A DNA stretch of 64,000 nucleotides from Takakia lepidozioides (Eukaryota; Plantae; Bryophyta), in assembly GCA_030704615.1 (NCBI GenBank), contig CM060731.1, positions 63,674,001-63,738,000 of the forward strand, given 5' to 3'. The position numbers and the translations under genes were made by a program. Below are positions 12,360-25,820 of this stretch, one piece after another; position 1 is the stretch's first letter; the number at the start of each line of letters is the position of its first letter. The notes under the pieces are model-generated. The model made no database searches. It had not been told where the DNA came from and saw only the letters and a program-made list of their open reading frames with translations.

Positions 12360-15300
12360 GACGCCTCCCCCATGATGCCTAAATTATGGTGCCTCTTGAC
12401 TCTTGACCCTGAAAGGTTACTGCCTTCCGCTAGGAAGGTGGACACCTTTGTGACCACAACCACTTCTGAGGTGGTATCCATTATACTTTCGCTACCACAT
12501 TTAAGCCAAAGCTGTGAACAAGTCGAAAACAGTCTCAAGTTACAGTCCGAAGAGAGGGTCTCATTTTGACCCTGACCACTGGGGCCTCTCTCCTGTCGGA
12601 AACATCTGGGAATTTCAGGGAACTGGTCACCTGGATATGAAGTCAGGCACATAATTGCATTGATCCTCCAAAATAGAGGTACAATAGACTTTTTTGGCTC
12701 TCTATTTGCACAGTAGATTGTTTTGTGATCCAGGTTTTGACATTATAATCTGCTGGTTTCCCCCCTCCTCAAAGGCCTGAATTGTGGGCTGTCGCTCCCA
12801 GGTTTCCTTTTATTTTATTTTTAAATAAATAAAACCAGCAGCAGTAAAAAGTGGTTTAAAGTTTTCTTTCTTTTTCAAATCTGGTGGTTTTGTGCATTAC
12901 ACTCTATTCATTGCTGCTGGTAGGCTGACCCACAACACTTAACCTTGTGGGCATAGTGTCAATTTTCTGGCTGCAGTGGCATATGCTGACCTAGGATAGT
13001 GTGTGAAAACGTGCCCGAGTAAATGAAAACTAAATTGCCCTAAGTCCACTGCAGGTTTTTTCTTAAGGTACGAGTGGCTATATTATTGGGTGTAGGGTAG
13101 TGCAAGTGGCCCAGTCTAGGTAATTTTCCTCGAATTGGTAGGCTACATGTATTTCCGCTCTTGTCATATTTGGCGACTCAAATGGATGTTGATGAGCAAT
13201 AGAAGGCGAAGTACAAAAATAGCTGGAAGCCATAATAGGCGAATGGAACTCTTTCTATGTGAAAATCACAAGGTAATTGGTACAAATGAGGTCTACAATT
13301 ATGGCTTATGACATATTACAAATAGTGTTATTTGGCACCCCCCTAAGCTCCCAAGCATACAAACCAGCCCCCAAGCAGATCATCAGATATTGACATGGAC
13401 ATTTACCTTGAGGAGGAGTTGAACCTCAGCCCCATATGACCCTGCCCAAGGCAACATAGGTTCCTACAGCCCACAATTAAACTTGCACCATACTTGCTAA
13501 GATCAAGGAATATAGGTCTGCCATTCATTGCTAAGAAATGGAAATGTTATTACAATTGCATATAATCAGTAGGGAAATCCAAGCTTACTTCAAGCAGTTA
13601 CTGGGGCCGGGGGGTGAAAAACCATATGTTGTCTAAAGAGTAGAGGCCGTTTCCATTGAATGGCTAGACCTAGTATGTTTCCTGAGAACCCTGGCGACGA
13701 CCGTGCCCGTAGGCTTTGCACTTGTGCATGCAACTCCCATCATATGTCTCTTCCGCTGTTAATCACTTAAAACAATCCTCTTGCTAGACATACACTTTTT
13801 GAACATATGTTTGCGACGTTCTAATTTGTTTGACTTGTAACACAATTATGTGAAAGAGAATTGTGATGAAGGGTTGTCTTTCACATTCTCTTGGTATGCA
13901 AAGTCTTTGTGAAATGCCTCCTTAAAAATTTCCTCCTTGAACATCTCAAAAAGCTCAAAAATGTACATAAAGTAAAAATACTCGAGCAGGTGATGGGGGG
14001 CCATTCAAACTGAAAAGGAAAAAAGGTTGAATCTTGTCAAAATAAAGGTAAGTTATTTATGGCAAAGGGCTACAATCTCAAGGGTACATATTATTTGCTT
14101 CAAAATTCATTCCATAGGTCGAAATGGAGCAATGCAAGTGCATCTCAGTAGAAAAATCACATCGAATGAATATAATTAACATGTGTTAGAGAGAAGACTC
14201 TGGCCAAAATCGGTGTAACGAAGAGCCACTTCGTCTCACGGCTACTGCCCCCTTCCGGGGGTAGGCCCTATACAAAAGGCAGGCTAGGTTTGCAGTGTCT
14301 AGGGGGTACCAGGATCAAGGGATAGGGTACATAGGGTACCGATGAGGGGTTGGATTCTATTTGCCGTTTAGTAGTGATAGCCTGAGCCATTAAATACTTT
14401 AGTTTTACATAAAAATGAATGATGAAAAACTTAGAATAAAGTTAAAACAATGTTATTAGACAACAAACCAACACCCAAGTGGATGATAACAACTTTGTCT
14501 ACACACTTGTTCGCTAGCACAACAAAAAGACCACATGATTTCAGTTGCTATAGAATACCCAAGTAACCCAGTGACCAGATTGAGACGGAGGATATAAGTT
14601 CAAAGAAAACAATAATGTGGACCCAAATCAGTGAAACCAACAAATAAACTGACAAATGAGAGCAAAATGGTTTTTAAGTCTCTTACTTGGATAACCATAC
14701 CAATAACAGCATAACTGGGATTTGGAAGGTCTCTCCCTATGTCTGTGCAAGATTCTCATGTTAGAGGAACAAGTTTCGTCTCCCAGCAACTTTTCAAGTG
14801 ACATCAGTAAAGACTTGCGATGTGGGGAAATTGATCATTGTCATGATCATCGAGCAAGTTACAAACTACACAACCATCTTACGAAAATCATTTAATGCAA
14901 TGGCTCAAATAGTTGCTGCAAGATGAGGCTTGTTCATCACACACATTCTCCAGGCATTTTGTCAACATCGTCTGTCCAAATTTCTTGTCTTATAAATCAA
15001 AGTATGACTCTTGGTTTGATATCTATGTGTTGGGATCAGATTATGTGCAACATTTGACAGGAGTAATTTACAAATGATTAGGTAACAAAATGCTTTTGCG
15101 TTGCCCAAGAGCTAAGTTGAAGCAAAAAAAGATCAAATGTCAAAATTCAGCGGTGATCTAACAAATTGTTGAAAGATAAAACGTAGTTGAGCAACAATCC
15201 AAAGCTTGTGCATGAGAGGTTGAATCAATTTGGAATCATCAGATTGATTAGATTAAAAACAAGAAGAACAATTACAAGATTGCAAAAAGACATATCAAGT

Positions 15301-16560
15301 TATATTTATAGTTCAAATCTTCTCTATGTTGCATTAACAAATCTCATTTTGTTCATATGTGACTTTTGATATCTTGTCACTTTGTCAAAAGTATATAATC
15401 AAAAGTTATGTGAAAAGACGACCATGGCTTGTGATTCAGATTGAGAAAGATACCCGCAACTACTCTTTGGAATCTCATTTGTGCAAAAAAGAATGAGGTT
15501 CGACAGAGTGATCAATGCTCATGCTCAAAACTCCAAGCCTAGCATACACTTATAGATTATGGAAGGAAAAAAGCAGGGATTCATTATTATATTACATCAT
15601 CATATTGGCAGATGTTTGTGATCAAGACCAAGAGAAAACATCATCATCGATCCAATAAATGAAAAGCCCCAAAGGCTTCACAAAAAGCTACATAGCCTAG
15701 TTAGTGTATGACAAAGTTACCCAAATACCACACGGGGATCATGCAAATTAGAAGATGCTCAAGGCGCAAATAGCACATCTGCTTTGTTTGTTCTAAGAAG
15801 CTTCTACCCTCTTATGTTTGAGGTATGATTTAGTCACCAATGCGCTATCTCTTTCGTATGGATATATAACGACTTTTGCTTCATGGAACCCATGGTTGAT
15901 TCGTTAGTAGAATTGCAATAGCTGGTATGGGATATAACATTTGCTTGGAGATGAAAGTCATGCTACACATTTCACTCTCCATGAAAGAACAGAGATGACA
16001 TAAGCATGGAAAACCTAATTTATTATTTTGTAATTTATGATTACAGACCATTTTCAGCCTCATGTAGATACTATGCCCAGTTTGGGAGTCTCTATGAGTG
16101 TTCACACTATGATACTTTTGTAGTAATGGCATTGTTATTTGAAAATCAATTAATCCCCACTTTTTGTTGATTATATGCTACAAAATAATTTTGCAATGAG
16201 ATAGAGAAGACTTAGGCCAAAATAAGTGTAATTAAGAGCCACTTCACTCTGTAACTAAGGGAGAATAAATTATTTTACGATTTATTAAACCATAGGTACA
16301 TGAATGCATGGGACTTCATGTTTTGAAGTCAAGAAGACAGAACTCATTGAGATTTTCATATCACAAAAGGACAGATGACCAATCGAGCTCCATTTGGACT
16401 TTGGGCATTCCCAATTGTCGAAGGATTATATGATCTTTGGTCATCATCGTTGGAGATTGAAGAAACTATCTGTAAGTGTCATTGAAAAATGAAAATTCGA
16501 AGCTTCAGTTTCACAACATTGATCCACAACATAGACCTGTTGTGTTTGTTTTTCTCGCCA

Positions 16561-17018
16561 AAGCATGCACATACATATTGCTACACAACTACATCGTTGT
16601 CCAATCCACACAACACATACAAAAGACACACATAATGTCCATCACAATGATAAGTACTCAAATCCATCATACAACCTATCACTTATAAACATAAGTAAAG
16701 CCTAGCGCACCCTATGCCATATGGACTTCACATTGCTACGGCGCATTCACACACACCTGCTGCAAGCTCGCCGCCGTGAGGCTTAATTCAAGAGAGATGA
16801 GCCTCACACAACAAGCGTGGAGATAAGTACGTGCAGGTGCCAAGGTAATCTTGACACCTCCTTTTGTCACTTGGCCAGATCCAAGTGTTAAACATATTAA
16901 GTAAATTTATGTAGCTAGTTTTAAACTGACAGCTGTCGTGCACATACATATCGCTACACAACTACATCGATGTCCAATCTGCACAACACATACAAAGACA
17001 CACCTAATGTCTATCACA
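16561..17018 (+). mobile_element. Small element with ~85-bp direct terminal repeats (TRIM-like), copy 1
   Basis: 16561-16646 matches 16934-17018 (TGTCGTGCACATAC...ATCACA). A related inverted copy lies at 19691-20197. Confidence 0.65.
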
Positions 17019-17239
17019 TTCGCCTGCTTAGCTAGTGGTTAGGTTCTTCTAACTCCAGATAACTACCAGATGCGATAGTAGCCTCAGCCTCACTAGGTCC
17101 TTTACCATTGTTTTTATTGTACTCAAACTCGATAGATCAAGAGGTCGGGTGCAAAAGTAGCCCCATCGTTAGTCGCCTTCTTGCAATCCGTGAACCCGAA
17201 CTAGGTATCTTGCAGTGTAGATACTGATTGTTGGTACTT

Positions 17240-20200
17240 ATATTGCATTCTTATGTAACACATGTAACATATAACATATATGCATAACAATCACGCTACT
17301 CAGGTATGGGGACATCCACCCAAATTTTGGACCCAATATAGCTATTATCGGCGATATCATTAGCCAACTTTGTGCAGACCCCCAAGAACGATACGCTCTA
17401 TACTTCCAACACAACACCATATCCATCGTACATACTTATCAACACTTCTCTGTCCACTTTACTCATTTTCTCTCCAAACCGCTACCCACTGCCCCTACAC
17501 ACACCCTAAACTGTTTGTCAACCACTTATGCCCCGCCCCGTCCCCCCACCCACCCTTCCCAACTGGGTTGCTGCTCTTTCCAAACTTGGTAGAGAAGCCA
17601 AAAAAGCCGCTAATATGTTGTAACTAAAAAAAAAACTACTGGCAATCACAAGAAATTTATTTATTTCTTCTGTCAACTATTACATTATGATCACCCCATA
17701 AAAGTCCACAAAGCCATCTTCAATCATGTGCTTAACCCACCTATTGACTGCCTCAAACATCGGTTCGGCCATTTATGAATCAACCCTGAAGACATCAAAA
17801 ATGACATATGGATCCAAGCATCATCCTCCTATACACCCACTGTCGCAAACTGCCTATACTCTAGCCAACACACTCTAGATTGTATGTGTTAAGTCAAACA
17901 CTACCCGTGGCATGACCCAGACGACTTTTCACTAGACAAATGAGGCTCCCCAACAGACCGTATTCATGACTTCTTCAAGATAGACCTTTATGAATCCTGC
18001 CTTAAAGCTCTCTCCAAAGCAAAAGCCCCAGACTCTGATCTGATCCCAAATGCTATACTAGACAACCGCTTGATCCCCAACCCACCTTATTCTCTTCAAA
18101 TTCTTTAAACTCTCCTATCGGCTGCATCATATCCCACACACATGGAAGCATAGTCGCACCATTCTACTATTCAAAAAAGGTGATCCCACGGATCTCTTGT
18201 GAACACTATTTATAAATATTTTACTAGCACTTTAACCATGATACTATAAATAATTACGGTGAACAACAACGCATCCTTAATGACCCTCAAGAAGGCTTCC
18301 GAGCCACACGAAGCACCACCTGACAAATACGATATGTTATATCTGCATTAGAAGACGCCAAATTTATAAAACAAGATATCTACCTTCTATATATTGACGT
18401 TGAAAATGCCTTCGGATCCTTAGACCATGCAAGGTTACTCACCATCATGATAGACCTTGGATATCCAACGGACACTATACAACTCATTGGTAATATTTAT
18501 ACGACTAGCACTACAGAGTACTCAGGCTCATGTTGCGGATCTACCCCTCTATCATAATATTGCAGGGTACTATCCAAGGAGATACCCTAAGCCTTTACGT
18601 ATTTATCATTTTCCTAGAACCTCTACTACGTTGGATAGCTCGCGGCAAACTAGGCTATCAATAAAGAAATTCCTCCAACGAAATCTCAACTGCATCATAC
18701 ATTAACGATCTTGCCATCCTTGCGCACAAATCCCAACACCTAGACCATCAAGTCGATAAACTATCCCACTTTAACCAACGGTCTGGTATGGAGCTAAGTC
18801 TCCATAAATGCGCTGTCACCGCAGCCACTCACCACAATAATCTCACAAAACCGCTATTGCCTCCCTTTGTAATCTCTACATCCACTATCAGAATAAACCC
18901 TTCATTTTCTTAGGTCCTGATGGACCTTACACATACCTAGGAATCCAACTTGCCTCTTCGCAACCCTGACATGTGCAGAAGAGCATAACACTTAGTAACC
19001 AAGTTAACTAGTAAAAGTTTGGCTCTTCTTAAAGCCCTTGTAGCCATCAGACCTAAATTATCGATCATTCAATCATAGCTAAAACCATAGGTTCAATATG
19101 TCTTCCACGCTGCACCTTTCTCCCTCCCAAACATCATACTACTTGACAAAAGCCTTATCCAACTCACTAAGCAAAGGCCTACCCATCATCACTCCTAATG
19201 CTCTTACCCAACTCCCAACGGACAACTACGGAATAGACTTTAGCCCAGGTTAATCATTTCATATGCCCGTACCCTTTGTACACAACTACAAGAGGCCCTT
19301 AATGACCCCGGGTGCATAGGTCTAACATGTCACGGACTCCTCAAACACCTAGCTTCAAAATACAATGGACTCTACCCCTTCCATCTCTACACCCACAGGC
19401 ATGTCTCCATTTCTTCAACCGCACACACATTGCTCATACTGTGTTAGATGAAAATCAGTATATAAACAGATCTCCCCGGATATCCTAATACCTCATCACG
19501 GCTAGAACACGTTTGGCTTAAAAGTCCATTTCTTTCCCAATTTGAGAGTATACATCCATGTCAAGAAACATCCATCATCACCTACTTTAAAGAGCGGCAT
19601 AGCACAAATATCATCCAACTCACCACAGCCACCGAAAACCGGCTCTTAACCCCGCAAGAGTTCACTCTTCAACATTTCAAAGCTACTGCTAGTGGCAGAC
19701 TAGTGACATGCTAGTGATTGGTGTGTATATATGTTGTGTGGTTTGGACAACGACGTAGTTGTGTAGCGATATGTATGCACAAGACAGTTGCCAAGTTAAT
19801 TTACCACTAGTGTGAAACTAGCTAGTTAATAACTAGTTTTTATATTGTATTGACACTTGGGATTGGCCCAAGTGTCAATCCACGGATCAAGATGCTTGCT
19901 GGCATCTGGGCGTGGTTATCTTCATGGCAGCTGCGGTGTGGCTCATCTTTCTCGAGTTGAGCATCACCGTGTCTGGCTATGACGTTGTAGTGTGGACTCC
20001 CTATCGCATGGGGTGCACTAGGCTCGACTTAATATGAGTGATGCTTTTATGTGTAAAGTTTGCGAGCTCGGGTGAGTTTCTTATTTTCTTCTTCATCATT
20101 GTAGCAGACTAGTGACAGACTAGTGATTGGTGTGTATATGTGTTGTGTGGTTTGGACAACGATATGTAGTTGTGTAGCGATATATATGTGCACGACAAAC

Positions 20201-20560
20201 TCGACATAACCACGTAGTTTGCTACATTCATAAACTTCTCATGCACTGCCTTGAAACCAAATGGTTCTCACTCATTAACGCCGGCACCTACCAAGACAGA
20301 CCCCCAGACCATATTTCTGTCCCGCCATGGTTACTCCCATGTGTCTGCCCCCATTTACCTGCATTTGCTCGGCCAGACTATGCCCAAACATCTTGCTTGT
20401 CCATGGTTTATCCATAAATGCCCTCCTGCTCACTACTCCGTCCCCAAATCTCACCATCCAATTTGTTGAATTTACATAATGTTATGATCGTTACCCCAGC
20501 TCATCTACCTTACTTAAACAACAGAAATATGCCCCGCTCATCCTCGCAATTCGCCAATGA
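17240..20560 (+). mobile_element. Degenerate non-LTR retrotransposon RT (Dualen/RandI-like motifs), interrupted at 19691-20197; outer limits approximate
   Basis: Manual translation gives KAPDSD(L)IPN (~18021), WKHSRTILLFKKGDP, QEGFRATRSTT, ENAFGSLDH, GTIQGDTLS, IFLEPLLRW and YINDL (YADD position). Many stops and frameshifts. Confidence 0.8.
19691..20197 (-). mobile_element. TRIM-like element, copy 2, inserted in the LINE relic
   Basis: Direct repeats ~19691-19786 and ~20100-20197 are reverse complements of the repeats at 16561/16934. Internal hairpin TTGACACTTGG-N7-CCAAGTGTCAA. Confidence 0.65.
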
Positions 20561-21989
20561 GGTTGAAACACTGACCGACTAACCGTCATCACTGCTGAAA
20601 CGAGGGAGCCACATGTCCTGGTTCTGGAGGAGGGCCCCGCACATGCCCGCACAGAGATGCTAGTGTTTCTCCATCATCTAGTCCTCTGCCATCAATGGAC
20701 GCTCATTGACCCCCATGAGAAAATCAGTATTGATCCTATGCCATTTATATATTTATAAATATAATTTTAAGTTTTTAATAATAAAAAATAAGGAGGAGCA
20801 CCCATGATAGAGGACAGATGAAGCCACATGGGACTGAATCTTGATTCAATAATTTATAATTTTTTGATTATAAATATCCATAGAATCCATAGAGCACTGC
20901 CTTCTGCATTGCTTCCTGCCCACCAGAACCTAGCACTTGGTGGTAAGTGGAAATCAGTCCCTGCTTTGTCTCCCCTTCTTTTGCTTCTAAACATGCATAA
21001 AGGGCGGATCAAAGCATGGGGTTCTCTGCAAATAGCTTCCCGTAGGTGCAGCAAAGGAAGGCGTCGACAGCTTCTTTCGACCTTCGACCTCACATGGGCC
21101 AAAGACAATCACATTTGCACCCACCTCTCTGATTCAAGGATCTTAGCTTGGAACGACGATCATCTCCACGATCAATGGGAAATCACTCGGTGAAGTGGAT
21201 GGCCACGACATCAACTGGCGCCATCAAAAGATGTGTTTGCCCAAGTCCAAGATCTAGCTCGACTTCGGTGGCACTTAGTGTCTTTTCTCATTGCTTCTCT
21301 CTCTGGCTTTGCTCTTCTTACCTTAAGGCTTCGTCTCCTCTTCTCTCCCCCCCTAGTCACAACTTGTGTTTACTTTTCCCGCTCATTCCCCACCCCTCTT
21401 TCTGGCTACTAGGTGTTCCCGTGTGTCATTTAAAGTTAGCAAATGGTTGTCCGGAGTCATAAATTGATTGGACCAGCAATCCATATCCTCAAACTCCAAA
21501 CAATGAGTACTCTATGTATATTGTACTCGCACCTCAAATTCAGTAGAATTTTTACTCAAACTTATTTTTTGGTTTTTTTTGTGCAAAATCCACAAATAAA
21601 ATTGAATTAATAATGCTTGGAAAAAATAACCATGTGGGCTGTGAAGACTTACAAAGGGGCAACTTCCCCGTAACCCACGACCAAGTTCAAACCAATGTTG
21701 GGCAGTTATTGAGTATCCGGGTATGAAATTCCGATTGTTAATATATTGAAAGTTGCCGGAACTGGCGATTTTTTGATATACGAGCTATATGCATATCCGG
21801 CGGTTAACAAAATGTAATAACTGGTAGCTATTTGATACTCATCAATTATATCCTTAGACATATACAGATTGATACCTAAATATGGGCGCCACAAACCGGT
21901 TATCAGCCAGCTCTCAAAAAGCATATATAAAGAATCCAGTTTCATTTTAGGCGGGTCCAGGCATATATAGGAGGCATGTGTGTTCCTTT

Positions 21990-22333
21990 CTCCATGATGG
22001 AACTTTTCATTGCGGTGGAATATTCTTTGAAGTTTTAGTCAGAAATCTCGAGGACTGGACCGTGATCTTCCAGTCGAGTTCTTTAAAACTTTGTGCCTGT
22101 GGCCTGTGGCAACACGTGGGAGAGGATTTTCTCACAATGCCCGACAATGTTCTGGCCAAAGGAATCATGCCATCTCAAATTCCCCATGGAGTCATTGCCC
22201 TAATTCATAAAAAAATGAGATAAAGATGTCATTCCAACTACAAACCTATTACTCTACTTGACTTGACTTACAAGATCATAGCCAAAACTATCGCACTTAC
22301 ATTGCAACCCCTGCTGACGAAGCTAATTCTTGT
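21990..22333 (+). mobile_element. L1-type RT fragment
   Basis: HGVIALIHKK...NYKPITLLDLTYKIIAKTIALTLQPLL (RT N-terminal motifs). Confidence 0.8.
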
Positions 22334-22397
22334 GTACTGTGATTTCTTTTTCAATCTGAATTGACATGGAATTGTTTGCTATTTCCTAGTCTCATCC

Positions 22398-24050
22398 ATG
22401 CGTTTCTCCACCCTATACCATCCCGATCCTCTGAGATACAGACCTTCTCCAAAAACTCGTCTCGGGGGCTTCTTCAAATCCGACAACCTCCCATTTCTGT
22501 ACATTGACCTTGTAAGTTTGTTTCTGCAGGTTCATGGCGATGCTGCTGATGCCAACTTCTTGTCGGGACCTCCATTGGAATCCTCCATATCAGAAATTCG
22601 TCCTTAGAGGGACAATAATCACACTACTGTTGAGATTTCTGTCATCGACGGTGAAGCATCATCCAGGCACTTGGGTTCCCTTCAATTGCACGACCCTCTT
22701 CTTCAGTCAATTCCTGAAAATGATGTTCTGTCGCATGATCGTTTAGGATTGAAGGTCGAAGATGGAAGCCAACTTGACAAATGTGCAGGGGATTTCGTGG
22801 ACCTCACTCTACAATCCTCACCCTCCATGTTAAGTGTCAAGGGTCTGAAATCTAGCTTGAGAATGTCATCCGTTGAGGAAGCGGCTGAGGCTACGGCTCC
22901 GCAGCACACTGTTGCCTCTCTTCCCTCCTTCTCTCCCCAGCATGAAGGTTGGACAGCCCAAATCAGAAGGAGTCGGGTAAAATTACTTATATCTGAATTC
23001 TAACTCGTCCTTTTGTTTTCCTTAGTACTGGGTCTGATGTTCTTGTTTTAATCCAGACCAGAAAATCTACGGATTGTGACATTCCTGTCAAACGACGTCT
23101 TCATTGGAAATTTGTTCCGAGGTAATCCTTTCGTTACGTGTGAATTCCATTCAGGATGTGGAGTGCTCAAGGGACAATTTCCATTCCGTTCCCCTTCTCC
23201 ACAACCCTTTCGACGAGGACAAGGACGAGACTTCAATTGCAACTTCTTGGCTTCCCGACCTTGCAGTATTGGTGCAATGTTCTGCACCGAGGAAGCGGAA
23301 TAGGGCCCCCAAACCATTTCCATCTCTTCTACAAATCGGTTCTACTAGAGAAAAGTCCTTCGTCAGAGACAAAACAGACTCGAGGAAGAAGAGGAATACC
23401 TCGGACATACCGGGGTCTTGTCAAAACACGCCCGTTCGGATGTCAAGCTCGCCAGCGAGACTTTCCAATAAGGCGACATTGGTATTATTCGATATCATTT
23501 CTCCACTTTCTTCTCTTTTCTGTTCGTTTGGTTATGCACTAATTGCCTCCATCTTTTCTCAACAGGCGGGGATGCGGCACGATATCTTCATCAATTTCCC
23601 TCCGTACAAGGTACTTTCCTGAACCTCCACTTGGCAGTCGACGTTCCTCTTCTTAGCAATATTAACCCTCTTCTTCAAACATTCCAAGCCCACAACATTG
23701 TGCAGTATTTTGCCATTTTCTGCACAATCGGGTTGATCTTCCATACACTCAATCATTTTGGGTCATGTATATTTTTCATGGCAGAAACACTAATGTCAGT
23801 GTGTGATTAACCTGCTCAGGATAACTTTGTCTCTCATCCTTTACATGCAACAGCGGGGAAGAGAAAACGGATGTTGTTAATTTTGAGTGTCAACAGACTC
23901 CTCTGCTACCGGCCACCCCCAACCGGCGGTGAACTGTTTAAGGAGAAATTTCGTTTCAGGAATGTGACACTTCAAGTTCCTGACAGACCATTTGTGGTGC
24001 CTCGGCCTGGAGTCTTGGAGTTTCTGGACCTTGCATTGAAGCATTTTCAC
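22398..24050 (+). pseudogene. Spliced low-complexity gene relic ending in an FCP1/NIF-like exon (23854-24050)
   Basis: GT-AG introns ~22512-22529 region and ~22977-23056. Exon after ..caacag reads KRMLLILSVNRLL..VVPRPGVLEFLDLALKHFH, the NIF-type RPG..EFL motif. Linkage of the exons is inferred. Confidence 0.5.
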
Positions 24051-24139
24051 GTCAGTTTTTATAGAAAAACAATACAACATTTAAAAAAACCAATAAAAAA
24101 TAAACATTGAATCACAGACGTGGTTGATCAATAAAATCT

Positions 24140-24923
24140 TTATTTTGAAGCATCATATCGGAGATTCCCGTAATTAGAATCATCAACATAATCCAAGAGA
24201 GGCTTAAACTTGGGATCGGTGGAAACATTCTGACAAGGCTTAAGTCCTATCCTCTTTTCCCTGAGATAACTGGAAACAGTGCGAGATTTCTTCATTTCAA
24301 GCAAATATTTCTGAAGAACCTTTTGGAAATAGCAAGAGTCCGTCTCAACGAATTCAAACGATTTTAGAATCAGACAGGATTCAGGCGGGTTCAACACACA
24401 CTTAATAGCAGAATCGTCAATGAGTAAAGTGTTACTCCTATTGTACTGACCACCAAATCTTTGCTAGACCGTCATCAATGGCTTCAAGAACAGACTCGGC
24501 GGGTCGTATCCTGATATAAATTGAGGGTGGACAGAAGTAGGACATGAGATATAATCTTCTTGAGACATAACAAATTCCGGCTGAGGAAGTGATAGGCTGC
24601 AAGTTCTTGTACATCATGCAGCTCCATATACCTAGACGGAAATGTTTGTTCAACTCTGTCCACATCTCACGATATTTTTCCCGCCTATAGACAAGTTGAA
24701 ATCCAACAAGAGCTGGTATCTTGTAGTCTGTCTCGGACATTCGGGGGACACTGTAGTTCTTCTGGTGCTTCAAGACTTTGCACAAAACTCCATTCAAGTC
24801 AAATATTATCAAGCGCAATCCTTTCCCAACTGGAGAAACTGGTGCTGCAATCTGTGAGAAATTCATATATCCACTCAGGTGGTAATCAAGATAAACCAAG
24901 GACAGGATTGACATTTGGAGCAA
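24140..24923 (-). pseudogene. FCP1/SCP (NIF) HAD-like phosphatase domain, frameshifted
   Basis: LIIFDLNGVL, VYRREKY, FRLGIWSCMMYKN. Downstream TLLIDDS (24410-24435) and LNPPESCLI. Confidence 0.8.
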
Positions 24924-25085
24924 CGTCCACTAGACAGTCGAGGTTCAGGAAAATCTAGAGCAGCCATCTACATTTCAATCTGTTCCAAAGAAGCGTCAGG
25001 AAATTTTTGTTTCTAAGATAAACCTGTCACTGCAAATCCCATAGCAAGAGGCATTTGACCTTTGGGTCATTATACGGTGGACATC

Positions 25086-25750
25086 CTATGGGTTTTTCCA
25101 CGTTGAATATATCAGCGTCTTTTCCGGATAACATTCCAGGTGCGGTTTGAGTTCATCCAGAAGAAACTTGTCCTTGTATGGGTCGACGAGCGCTTTATAT
25201 TTTGGAAGGAAGATACCGATCGACTTTGGGTTCAAGTACGACTTATACATATTTTCTACTGTGTCGATAAGAAGTGTGTTTGATTTGTACGCTACAGGGT
25301 CGTCTACAGTGAAAAGGTCGTAGAGACGTTTAAGATATATTGGCGCTTTCGGATATTTGGGCCATTCGGCACTGAACGTCTGTCTATGCTTTACGCAGTT
25401 CTCATTGTTGAATTCCCTGACCTTGTAAAACCTTCTTCCAAACAAAGCCAGCCCACATTTTCTAACGGTCCAGTGTTCCAAAAGTAGACCTTAAAATGCT
25501 TAAGGACCCATTTCAAGAAGTTGTCCAACCCATTTCGGACTGCAAGCTTGAATTTTCCAACGCACACACAAGGATGGGTTGCGGGAGGGGATCTCGGGCC
25601 ATCTCGGAGGTAAACCTCACCAAGGTAACCGACGTCAAGAACCAAGACGTAGTATCCTGGTCGACATCCTTTCGGTCCCTCAGAGAGGTGATACCAATCC
25701 TGTGGGTTCACAGATTTGTGATAGTCGATTGGAGGGTGAATCATATCATC
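25086..25750 (-). pseudogene. Second FCP1/NIF-like domain, frameshifted
   Basis: VLVLDVGYL..VRNGLDNFLKWVLKHFKVYFWNTG, then YLKRL..NTLLIDT..KSYLNP..IFLPKY. Acceptor ttccacag at ~25751. Confidence 0.75.
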
Positions 25751-25820
25751 CTGTGGAATAACAGAACAATTAATTTATTTAAAACTAGAAGAATGAAAAA
25801 GAAAAACATAGCTAAGATGG

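Noticed and set aside
14367-14376. TTTAGTAGTG as a CACTA 3' end
   Set aside because: No matching CACTA 5' end with a 3-bp TSD found.
12400-16450. Possible decayed DNA-transposon sequence, including a ~40-bp repeat at ~14202 and ~16216
   Set aside because: No ORF or termini that I can support.
19691-20197. Hammerhead ribozyme/retrozyme
   Set aside because: No intact CTGANGA..GAAA core seen on either strand.
20725-20900. AT-rich imperfect inverted repeat (possible hAT MITE)
   Set aside because: Weak TIR match and no 8-bp TSD.
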